Part shown: one piece after another, positions 56,337 to 64,000 of the stretch | Layout of the letters: each line of letters begins with the position of its first letter | Position numbering within the stretch: position 1 is the first letter of the stretch | Assembly (NCBI GenBank): GCA_019244415.1 | Contig: JAFASN010000112.1 | Span: 2,265 to 66,264 of the forward strand | Origin: Verrucomicrobiota bacterium | Lineage (GTDB): Bacteria > Verrucomicrobiota > Verrucomicrobiia > Chthoniobacterales > UBA10450 | Direction of reading: 5' to 3' | Length of the DNA: 64,000 bases | Position numbers and translations under genes: made by a program | Notes under the pieces: model-generated | What the model saw: only the letters and a program-made list of their open reading frames with translations | The model's database searches: none | Told to the model about the DNA's origin: nothing

Positions 56337-56645
56337 CTATTGGCCTCTGTTGTTCCCGATGATCTGCATCGGGACAGCAGTTGTCGGTATCGGTGTAGCG
56401 ATGCGCTCGAACGGTTGGGGAATTGCCGAAGGCGAGATCATTACGTAGTACTGCTTCTTGGCAGCAGCCGGCGCGATGGCGGGTTGTGCTGTACGTTGAG
56501 CTTTGGCCTGCGCTCTGGCAGGCATGACTACGTTTTTGCTCGGATCTGAAGCAAAGGTCGATGCGCAAAATGCCAGCGTGACAAACGCCAGCGCGCACCG
56601 ACTAACCCAACCGGTCAGGCGACGCAGCCTGCGCGGTGTTTTCAT
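56337..56645 (-). CDS. small secreted hypothetical protein
   Basis: MKTPRRLRRLTGWVSRCALAFVTLAFCASTFA signal peptide. No family recognised. Confidence 0.4.
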   Translation of the reverse strand: MKTPRRLRRLTGWVSRCALAFVTLAFCASTFASDPSKNVVMPARAQAKAQRTAQPAIAPAAAKKQYYVMISPSAIPQPFERIATPIPTTAVPMQIIGNNRGQ

Positions 56646-56726
56646 AACTGAAGTATGTAGATGATCCTTATCGATTGCAAACAAAATCGTCGGCGGTTTC
56701 GCCCTCTTTTTCAGGCAACAATTCGT

Positions 56727-59207
56727 CTAATCCTGCCAGAGAAAATGCTCGAGCCGCAGTTGGCTGAGGCGCGTTTTTGCTTCGTCGCTGCGCGGTCCAT
56801 TTGCCGCCGCCAGTTTTTCGTAAACTGATGCCGCGGAATTCCACTTTTGATCTTCCTCGAGCAGGCGCGCGGCGTTGAAGCCGGCCTTGTAGTACCAGAA
56901 GAATTCGGGCTGTTTGCCTGGCGCCATATCGGTATCGAGGACGCGGTAAAAAGTGGCAAGCGCGCCGGCGCGATCCGTCTGTCTTTCCAGGCAAAGGGCT
57001 TTCTTGAACAGCGCCTGGTTTCGCCAGTCCGCGTTCGCCGCAGCTTCGTTCGCAAGCTGGTCGTAGAGAGCGACGGCACGCGCGAGATCGGCCGAATCCG
57101 CCTTCGCCTGCTCGACCAGGATGTCGGCTTTTCCGCAGAGCGCTTCGTCCTTCGCCGCAACGGGCGCGTCACCCTTCAGGACTTCGTCATACAGCACCTG
57201 TGCATCCTGCGGTTTGCGCAGTCGCCGCTCGATCGCTGCCTGTTCATTTCGCGCCGTCCAGCGCAGATCACCATCCATTTTCACCACTTGCGTCAGCAGC
57301 TCGAGCGCGCGCTCGAGTGAATGGCTCGTCATCGATGCCTCGGCCGATTGTCCGGCGAGAAAGAGCGCCTTTTCGGCGAGAGGAGATTGTGGGTTCTCCT
57401 GGGCGAGAATTTCAAACTGCGTCTGTGCGTTGGCGAAATCCTGACGGCGAAAATGCGTTTCCGCGAGCTTCATTCGTACTTCGCCGGCGAGACTCGACTG
57501 CGGGTACTCGTGGAGAAACTCGCTCGCGGAGCGGATTACGGCATCGCTATCACTGCCGCGGGCGTCAGCGAGCCAGATAGCGAGATACGCGCTCCGCTCT
57601 ATCACCGCTGGCGAAGGATGCGCGTCGCGCGCCATCGCAAGTCCCTTGTCCGACTGCTCCAGCTTTGGCGGCGCAGCGTGAAACGCGAGCTCGGCTAGCG
57701 CGAGGTGCGCCTCCGCCACCCGCTGAGAGGTTGGGAATTGCCGCACAAAATCCTGGAGCAACGTCGCCGCGTTCTTTTCTCCCTTGCTCGCCGCCGTCAA
57801 CGCCTGCTCGAGCGCCAGATCGGCCTGCGCATCTTTGTCGCCGCTGACCGCCAGCGCGCTCGCGCCTGCCTGTACTTGCGTCGTATTGCCGGCTTGCAGC
57901 CATGCCAGCGATGCATTGAGGATTGCATCGTTGGCCAGCCGGGTCGTTTTCACTCTGGTGAATCTCGCCGCTGCCTCTTCAAATCGGCGCGCGCCGTACA
58001 TCGCCCGTCCCGCTTCGAAGTTTATTTGCGCTGCAATCTCAGCCCGCGGTGCAGCCTTTTCCGCCGCCGTGAGAATATCGAGCGCGGAGTTGAATCGGCC
58101 GCGATTAATCTCGATGCGCGCATATTGCAGAAGCGCCGGAGCGAGCGCGGGAGAATTTACCGCCGCTGTTCGCAGTGCCTCGAATTGCCGGAGTGCTTCG
58201 GCCTGGCGGCCAGTGCGCCAATCGAGCTGCGCCAAGTACCAGCGGGCAAATCCGCGCCGCGGCTGCGCCGGGTCCTGAATCCATCGCTCAAGCTCACCGC
58301 GGTTAGGCTTGCGTTCGTGGCGATAGATTTCATCGAGCTTCGCGAAAACTCGCTCCAGCTCAGGATCATTCGGGTGCCGGTCGATGTAATCTTCCAGGTA
58401 ATCATCGCCGCTTTCCGGTGCGTTGATTTCCAGATGCGCATCTGCAATCGCGAAAAGCGCGGCGATACATGTTTCATGCGTTGTGCCCTCTGGTTTTTTG
58501 ACGAGTGGTTCCAGCAACGAAATCGCTTTGTCCGGCCGGTGCTCGAGCATTTCCACGCGCGCCCGCAGAAATCGTTTTTGCCGCTTTTCCACTGTTCCCT
58601 TCGGTTGCGCGTGATCGAGCAGCCGCTTCGCGCCGAAAGCATCGCCTTTGCTGATGAGCAGTTCGGCCTCGCGCAGACGCGCCGCGTTTCCAACCCGCGC
58701 ATCGTTAGCTACCACACGATACGCCGCGAGCGCTTCATCAGTGCGATTGAGCCCGCGCAACATCTCGGCGGATTGAAACGCGGCGAGAGTACGTTGCGGC
58801 GCGGAATTATCCGCTGCCACCTCGCGATAACTCGCGAGCGCGTCCTCAAACCGATCCAGCTTCGCCAGCGCCTCCGCGCGCAGAAACCTGGCTTCGCTCG
58901 ATTGCGGCAGTGAATCGGCGATGCGCAGAGCCTCTGCTGGCCGTTGCGCCGCGATAAGCGCTTCGCCGAGCCGTTCCTTGGCTGTTGCCAGATTTGCGCC
59001 GCTCAAGTTCGGCAGGAGTGCTTGCAATTGTGACGCGGCCACTTCCGGTACTCCTTCGTCCAGCGGCTGCGCGGCCTCTCGGATCCGCGCGCTGGGATCG
59101 GCGGCGAGAGCTGTCGTCGTGAAAAGTACGAGCGCGATTACTGGGCAAGCGCGCCGGCTCCTGAGTACGAGCGGGCCGCGCCGTTGCCTCCGAGCATGCG
59201 GATTCAT
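56727..59207 (-). CDS. large secreted TPR-repeat protein
   Basis: 826 aa with a signal peptide ..VIALVLFTTTALAA, then TPR-like helical repeats throughout. The start overlaps the uvrA stop by 4 nt. Confidence 0.75.
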   Translation of the reverse strand: MNPHARRQRRGPLVLRSRRACPVIALVLFTTTALAADPSARIREAAQPLDEGVPEVAASQLQALLPNLSGANLATAKERLGEALIAAQRPAEALRIADSLPQSSEARFLRAEALAKLDRFEDALASYREVAADNSAPQRTLAAFQSAEMLRGLNRTDEALAAYRVVANDARVGNAARLREAELLISKGDAFGAKRLLDHAQPKGTVEKRQKRFLRARVEMLEHRPDKAISLLEPLVKKPEGTTHETCIAALFAIADAHLEINAPESGDDYLEDYIDRHPNDPELERVFAKLDEIYRHERKPNRGELERWIQDPAQPRRGFARWYLAQLDWRTGRQAEALRQFEALRTAAVNSPALAPALLQYARIEINRGRFNSALDILTAAEKAAPRAEIAAQINFEAGRAMYGARRFEEAAARFTRVKTTRLANDAILNASLAWLQAGNTTQVQAGASALAVSGDKDAQADLALEQALTAASKGEKNAATLLQDFVRQFPTSQRVAEAHLALAELAFHAAPPKLEQSDKGLAMARDAHPSPAVIERSAYLAIWLADARGSDSDAVIRSASEFLHEYPQSSLAGEVRMKLAETHFRRQDFANAQTQFEILAQENPQSPLAEKALFLAGQSAEASMTSHSLERALELLTQVVKMDGDLRWTARNEQAAIERRLRKPQDAQVLYDEVLKGDAPVAAKDEALCGKADILVEQAKADSADLARAVALYDQLANEAAANADWRNQALFKKALCLERQTDRAGALATFYRVLDTDMAPGKQPEFFWYYKAGFNAARLLEEDQKWNSAASVYEKLAAANGPRSDEAKTRLSQLRLEHFLWQD

Positions 59208-62200
59208 CTTAGCAGCGGCCGCAGAAACTTGCCGGTGTAACTGCCTGCGATGTGCGCGATCTGCTCCGGCGTGCCGGCGCCGATGATCTGTCCCCCGCGC
59301 TCGCCACCTTCCGGTCCCAGATCAATGATCCAATCGGCGCATTTGATCATCTCCAGGTTGTGCTCGATCACGACCAGCGTGTTACCCGCATCGCGCAACT
59401 TCATTAGTACGCGCAGCAGATTCTCAATGTCGGCGAAATGCAAACCGGTCGTTGGTTCATCCAGGATATAGAATGTGCGACCGGTCGCTTTCTTGGCCAG
59501 CTCGGTCGCGAGCTTCACGCGTTGCGCTTCACCGCCGCTCAAGGTGGTGCCGGCCTGTCCCAGCCGCAGATAACCGAGCCCGACATCGAGCAGCGCGTTC
59601 AGTTTATCCGAAACGCTCGGCACATTGCGAAAAAAACGCGCCGCTTCATCCACAGTCATATCGAGTACATCGGCGATGTTCTTGCCTTTGTAGGTGATCT
59701 CCAGCGTCTCGCGATTGTAACGGCGCCCATGGCAAACTTCGCATTCGACGTACACGTCAGGCAAAAAATGCATCTCGACTTTGATCAGCCCGCCGCCCTC
59801 GCAATTCTCGCACCGTCCACCTTTGACATTGAACGAGAATCGCCCCGCGTCATAGCCGCGCACGCGCGCCGCGGGCAGTTGCGCGAACAGCTCGCGGATG
59901 GGTGTGAACGCACCGGTGTACGTGATCGGGTTTGAGCGCGGTGTGCGGCCGATCGCGCTTTGGTCGATGACGATCGCCTTATCGATCTGCTCGACGCCGC
60001 GCAACCGTGCAAACGCGCCCGGTTTGTCCTTCGAGTTGTAGAAATGGCGGAACAACGCCCGCCGCAAAATATCGTCCACCAATGTGGATTTGCCGCTGCC
60101 GGAAACGCCCGTCACGCACGTGAAGCAACCGAGCGGAAATGATGCGGTGACATTTTTTAAATTGTTCTCGTTAGCTCCGGCGATCGTTAGCCAACCCGAT
60201 GCGCGATCGGTATTCGGCTGCACGCGGTTTCGCGGCACCGCAATTTTCGCCCGGCCGGAAAGATAATCGGCCGTCTGCGAATTGGAGGCGTGAAGAACGT
60301 CTTCAAGTGTGCCTTGCGCCGCGATCTCGCCGCCGCGCGGTCCCGCGCCCGGCCCGAGGTCAATGATGTGATCCGCCGCGCGGATTGTCTCTTCATCATG
60401 CTCAACCACGATGACGGAATTGCCGAGATCGCGCAGCCGTTTCAGCGTGCCGAGCAGCCGCGCATTGTCCCGCTGGTGCAATCCGATGCTGGGCTCGTCC
60501 AGGACATAAAGTACACCTGCGAGCCCGGAGCCGATTTGCGTGGCAAGGCGAATGCGTTGCGCTTCCCCGCCGCTGAGCGTACCGCTCTCGCGATTCAGGG
60601 TAAGGTAGCCGAGCCCCACTTCCAGCAGGAACTCCAGTCGCGATTGAATCTCGCGCACAACTTCCGCGGCGATCTGTTGCTGCTGCTGCGTGAGTACGAT
60701 GCCGCGAATGAAATCCGCGGCCGCTTCGATGGTGAGCTGGGTGAATTGATGAATGTTCAGCTCGACCGGTTCCGACTGGGGAGCGCACGCGCCTCGCGTG
60801 CTGGCAATGGCGCCCTCGCCATCGCGAGCTTCCTCGAGCGAGAGATGTTTCGGCGGGGCGCCGAAACCAGCACGCGAGGGCGCGTGCGCTCCCCAGAGTT
60901 CGCTCGGCAAGCGGCTACAGATTGTCACCGCTAGAATCTCAGGCCGGAGTCGCGCGCCTTGGCACGTCGTGCACGGCACGCGCGTCATGAATGAGCGAAT
61001 CCGGTTGCGCGTGAACTCGCTCTCGGTTTGATCGTAGAGCCGCTGCATCTGCGGCACCAAACCCTCAAACGGTTTGCTCACCGCTTGCCGTTCGCCATTG
61101 CTCCCGAACTGCACCTCGATTGGTGTGTCACCCGTGCCGAAGTACAGCGCGTTTTTGAAATTCTCCGGCAACTCAGCAAACGGTGCGTCTTCATCCACGC
61201 CGAAATGTTTCACGAGCGCGTTTTGCAGCTTCCGATAATAAGCCTGCATGCGCTTCGGGCCGCGCCGCCACGGCGTCACCGCGCCTTCGGCGAGCGATTT
61301 TTGCGGCTCGGAAATCATCAGCTCGGGATCAATTACCGGCTGGGTGCCGAGCCCGTGACACCCCGGGCACGCCCCGAAGTGACTGTTGAACGAAAAATGT
61401 TTCGGCGTCAGCTCGCCCAGGCTGAAGCCGCTCTCCGCGTCGCCGTACTCAGTCGAGTACCGCTCGGCGAGCCATCCATCTCGTGGCGCAGGCGTGCCGT
61501 TGGCAGCGTCGTGTGCTGAGAAGCGGGACGCCTGTCCCACGTCCCGCAGCACCAGGAGCTTATTTCCACCCCACTTCAGCGCGGTATCAACCGAGTCCGC
61601 CAGGCGGACGCGCACTCCGTCACGAATTACCAGCCGGTCAACCACCGCTTCGATGGTGTGTTTCTCGGCTTTCGCGAGCCGAATCGGCTCTGGCCGCCCA
61701 AGCTCGATGATCTCGCCGTCAATCCGCGCGCGAACGAAGCCTTCGCGCCGCAATTTCTCGACCACATCCCGGAATTCGCCCCGCTCATTTTCCACCAGGG
61801 GCGCGAGTACGACGATCTTTGTCTCCGCCGAATAGGCGAGAATCCCATCCACGATTTCCTGCGGCGTTTGCCGTACTAAGGGACGCCCGCTTGCCGGATC
61901 GTGAGGCTGCCCGACTGCCGAAAACAGAACGCGCAGGTAATCGTAGATTTCCGTGGTGGTCGCGATGGTGGACCTCGGGTTTGCTCCTGCGCTGCGCTGC
62001 TCGATGGCGATGGCGGGCGAAAGGCCTTCAATGAAATCCACGTCCGGCTTTTCCATCTGGTCCAGGAATTGCCGGGCGTAGGCGGAGAGGCTTTCCACAT
62101 AGCGGCGCTGCCCTTCCGCATAAAGCGTATCAAAGGCCAGTGAGGACTTGCCCGAGCCACTTAACCCTGTGATTACGACCAGCTTCTCGCGGGGAATCTC

Positions 62201-62263
62201 CACGTGGAGATTCTTTAGATTATGCTGGCGCGCCCCACTGATTTTGATACTTTGGGCAGGCAT
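59204..62263 (-). CDS. uvrA: excinuclease ABC subunit A
   Basis: [37 protein letters not shown], two ABC modules (LSGGEAQR x2), zinc modules CPGCHGLG and [17 protein letters not shown]. Start set at [12 protein letters not shown]. Confidence 0.95.
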   Translation of the reverse strand: MPAQSIKISGARQHNLKNLHVEIPREKLVVITGLSGSGKSSLAFDTLYAEGQRRYVESLSAYARQFLDQMEKPDVDFIEGLSPAIAIEQRSAGANPRSTIATTTEIYDYLRVLFSAVGQPHDPASGRPLVRQTPQEIVDGILAYSAETKIVVLAPLVENERGEFRDVVEKLRREGFVRARIDGEIIELGRPEPIRLAKAEKHTIEAVVDRLVIRDGVRVRLADSVDTALKWGGNKLLVLRDVGQASRFSAHDAANGTPAPRDGWLAERYSTEYGDAESGFSLGELTPKHFSFNSHFGACPGCHGLGTQPVIDPELMISEPQKSLAEGAVTPWRRGPKRMQAYYRKLQNALVKHFGVDEDAPFAELPENFKNALYFGTGDTPIEVQFGSNGERQAVSKPFEGLVPQMQRLYDQTESEFTRNRIRSFMTRVPCTTCQGARLRPEILAVTICSRLPSELWGAHAPSRAGFGAPPKHLSLEEARDGEGAIASTRGACAPQSEPVELNIHQFTQLTIEAAADFIRGIVLTQQQQQIAAEVVREIQSRLEFLLEVGLGYLTLNRESGTLSGGEAQRIRLATQIGSGLAGVLYVLDEPSIGLHQRDNARLLGTLKRLRDLGNSVIVVEHDEETIRAADHIIDLGPGAGPRGGEIAAQGTLEDVLHASNSQTADYLSGRAKIAVPRNRVQPNTDRASGWLTIAGANENNLKNVTASFPLGCFTCVTGVSGSGKSTLVDDILRRALFRHFYNSKDKPGAFARLRGVEQIDKAIVIDQSAIGRTPRSNPITYTGAFTPIRELFAQLPAARVRGYDAGRFSFNVKGGRCENCEGGGLIKVEMHFLPDVYVECEVCHGRRYNRETLEITYKGKNIADVLDMTVDEAARFFRNVPSVSDKLNALLDVGLGYLRLGQAGTTLSGGEAQRVKLATELAKKATGRTFYILDEPTTGLHFADIENLLRVLMKLRDAGNTLVVIEHNLEMIKCADWIIDLGPEGGERGGQIIGAGTPEQIAHIAGSYTGKFLRPLLR
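60778..60894. repeat. 117-bp element with 27/28-bp terminal inverted repeats, inserted in frame in uvrA
   Basis: The left arm ggggagcgcacgcgcctcgcgtgctgg equals the reverse complement of the right arm ccagcacgcgagggcgcgtgcgctcccc, except for one extra base. It encodes the 39 residues [42 protein letters not shown] within the uvrA frame. Confidence 0.7.
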
Positions 62264-62334
62264 TTGCGGACGACTGATGTAGAACCCATCAGTCAAGCAC
62301 AAGGCTTGCTTTTCTCTAGTTAAATCGGACGCAC

Positions 62335-62601
62335 ATGACTGAAGAAGCCACCATCTCCCGCAGCGAGCTCGCGACGCTGCAATCGAAATTCAGCGAAGTA
62401 AAGCATTCCATCAATAACGCGCTCGCCGTCATGATGGCGCTCTCGGAAATGTCGCAGCGCCGGCCTGATTACGCCGAGAAACTCGCGACCACCGTACTCA
62501 CAAAAGCGCCCCAGATCGTCTCCAGCTTGCAAGAATTCACGCAGGCTCTGGCCGAGAAAGCCGGCCCGCGCTCCGAAACGCTCCCCACCAGCGTGGCATA
62601 G
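62335..62601 (+). CDS. stand-alone histidine-kinase DHp (HisKA)-like helical hairpin protein, 88 aa
   Basis: LQSKFSEVKHSINNALAVMMALSEMS resembles the H-box variant AHDFNNLLTVI. A second helix LATTVLTKAPQIVSSLQEFTQAL follows. There is no ATPase domain. Confidence 0.45.
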   Translation: MTEEATISRSELATLQSKFSEVKHSINNALAVMMALSEMSQRRPDYAEKLATTVLTKAPQIVSSLQEFTQALAEKAGPRSETLPTSVA

Positions 62602-62678
62602 TACGCCCGCTGATGTGTAGCCGTCGTCCTGTGGACCACGCAGCGAACGCCGCGCGGGAAGACGGCGGCCCTTGCTAA

Positions 62679-63185
62679 TTGCTCCAGGCTGGACGTCGCT
62701 ACAACAACGTGGCTCCTCGCGGCGGGCAAGGCATCGAGATTGAACGCAAGTTTCTTCTCAAACGGCTGCCGAAAAACCTCGAAAAGTACCGCCACCACGA
62801 GATCGAGCAGGGCTACCTCGCCGTGGAACGCCGAAGTGGTGTGCAGGTACGGCTGCGGCGCAAAGGCAGCGCGTTTTCCCTGAGCTGCAAGCGCGAGGGG
62901 AAAAAGGGACGCGAAGAGCGCGAGATCACACTCAGGGCTGCGCAATTTCGCGTACTCTGGCCGGCGACCGAAGGACGGCGTCTAAGTAAAATCCGCTACG
63001 AAGTTCCATGGAAGAGCTTCACGGTTGAGATCGATGTGTATCGCGGCCGGCACGAGGGCGTCATCGTAGCTGAAGTGGAGTTTGAGAGTGAGAAGAGTCG
63101 CGATGCTTTCGTCCCGCCGGAGTGGTTCGGGCGCGAGGTGACGGGGGAAGCACGGTACAGCAATGTTGTGCTGGCCCTGAGCTGA
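62679..63185 (+). CDS. CYTH domain protein (CyaB/ThTPase-type triphosphate tunnel enzyme)
   Basis: GIEIERKFLL (ExExK motif), VRLRRKG, RYEVPW, VEIDVYRGRHEGVIVAEVEFES. Confidence 0.8.
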   Translation: MLQAGRRYNNVAPRGGQGIEIERKFLLKRLPKNLEKYRHHEIEQGYLAVERRSGVQVRLRRKGSAFSLSCKREGKKGREEREITLRAAQFRVLWPATEGRRLSKIRYEVPWKSFTVEIDVYRGRHEGVIVAEVEFESEKSRDAFVPPEWFGREVTGEARYSNVVLALS

Positions 63186-63209
63186 GCGTGTTTCGGACAC
63201 ATCACGCTC
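63184..63209 (+). terminator. hairpin overlapping the CYTH stop codon (weak U tail)
   Basis: gagcgtg-N12-cacgctc followed by gtaattctt. Confidence 0.3.
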
Positions 63210-63437
63210 GTAATTCTTGCGTCGGAATGCGCTTACAGATTACGAAAAGGTAATCGAATTTTCCGTTGAATTTTTTTCGTGCGCTGGTAAAAACCCCGGC
63301 AGACCCCCGGGACGTTCTCAGAGCTGTCGAATAGCGACGAGGTGAGTACCACTGTCGCTGAACGACGACAGCGATAGGACACTCTGTGGGTCGCCATCCC
63401 CGAAGTGATTACAAGTTCATCATTTCCTAAACGAACT

Positions 63438-63474
63438 GCCCTCAGCCGGTCACTCCCGGCGGGGGCTTTTTCTT
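63438..63474 (+). terminator. strong Rho-independent terminator-like hairpin 22 nt upstream of the next start codon
   Basis: gccctcagccgg-tcactc-ccggcgggggc forms 11 bp with one bulged A, followed by TTTTTCTT. Confidence 0.6.
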
Positions 63475-63495
63475 AGTCAGACCTCAAACCCTCTT

Positions 63496-64000
63496 ATGCG
63501 CAAAAACACCCATTCCGAATCTGGCTTCTTTAACCCACGCGTCTTTGCCGCATTCCTTCTCTGCGCCGCTGGCGCATGGATGGGTATGCTGGCGTTCGCT
63601 GCCACACCCACAAGCGGCACGCTGACCGTAAGCAGCGCCACGGACAACTCGTCACCATCCGTCAGCTACTCGGCCGGACCATTCACCCAGCCGAATCCCT
63701 CGCCACTCGGCGCAGGCCAGCTCGATACCGGCCCACGTTGCGATAACACGAGCTTCAATTGCGACACCTATCACCTGACGGTCACATTGCCGACCGGCTA
63801 CGTCGCGGCGCACCCTAATGCTGTCATTAAAGTGACGATGGGCTGGACTGATACCGGCACAGGCCAGTCAGATTACGACCTTTATATTTACAAGCTGCCG
63901 CGAACGGATTGCGCGAGTACGACTGGGACGGCGTCGCCTGATTGCACCTACACTGATGGCAACGAGTCGGCTGATTATCAGTCCGCCACGAGCAATAATC
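63496..64000 (+). CDS. secreted hypothetical protein, N-terminal part (runs off the right edge)
   Basis: Not in the track because it has no stop. ATG 63496 gives MRKNTHSESGFFNPRVFAAFLLCAAGAWMGMLAFAATPTSGTLTVSS..CDNTSFNCDTYHLTVTLP..YDLYIYK. That is a signal peptide plus a beta-rich Cys-containing domain. The frame is open to the window end. Confidence 0.6.
   Translation, partial: MRKNTHSESGFFNPRVFAAFLLCAAGAWMGMLAFAATPTSGTLTVSSATDNSSPSVSYSAGPFTQPNPSPLGAGQLDTGPRCDNTSFNCDTYHLTVTLPTGYVAAHPNAVIKVTMGWTDTGTGQSDYDLYIYKLPRTDCASTTGTASPDCTYTDGNESADYQSATSNN

Noticed and set aside
59204-59207. 4-nt overlap coupling uvrA to the 826-aa secreted TPR protein as a functional link
   Set aside because: ATGA overlaps are common operon packing in compact genomes. 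I see no mechanistic reason to connect a periplasmic TPR protein with nucleotide excision repair.
1-64000. CRISPR arrays, prophage, transposons, toxin-antitoxin or known defence systems
   Set aside because: No repeat-spacer periodicity was seen. The only tandem repeats are 6-7-mers shorter than 40 nt. No nuclease/helicase/integrase/transposase-like ORFs were recognised. The window reads as core chromosome.

Overview
GC-rich, densely coding bacterial chromosome segment with genes on both strands. I see no rRNA, CRISPR array, transposase, integrase or phage genes, and only one tRNA (Gln). All homology calls come from reading the translated ORFs by eye, with no searches run.

The gene content suggests a Verrucomicrobia/PVC-type organism (inference). 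It includes a PEP-CTERM protein with autotransporter-type beta-strand repeats, a prepilin-type N-terminal methylation protein, a UBact-like modifier and many TPR/GT-C membrane proteins.

The backbone is housekeeping: cysteine desulfurase, hisC, an MsbA-like ABC exporter, efp, nfo, accA, mutM, aspS, an acyl-CoA dehydrogenase, ilvC and uvrA. There is also an outer-membrane biogenesis block (bamA, skp, DUF3108-like, DUF748/AsmA-like).

Main points of interest:
1. A hidden 58-codon UBact/Pup-like gene (7117..7293) sits directly in front of 20S proteasome beta and alpha genes. These are translationally coupled to a peptidoglycan amidase and a PG-binding protein. No Dop/PafA/Mpa gene is in the window.
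2. A copper-type island holds an unannotated 42-codon secreted peptide with three vicinal Cys pairs, a Cys/His-rich periplasmic protein, a metal-binding zinc-ribbon fused to a beta-barrel-like protein, and CopA.
3. A glycosylation cluster (GT2, GT4, GT9, flippase, four GT-C-like membrane proteins, two with TPR arrays) encloses a pilin-like gene that has a sigma-54-type promoter.
4. A membrane-anchored Hanks-type pseudokinase has lost all catalytic residues.
5. A 117-bp element with 27/28-bp terminal inverted repeats is inserted in frame in uvrA.
6. A stand-alone histidine-kinase DHp-like protein lies near a structured about 265-nt leader that ends in a strong intrinsic terminator just upstream of a secreted-protein gene.

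Several short intergenic repeat families are also listed.
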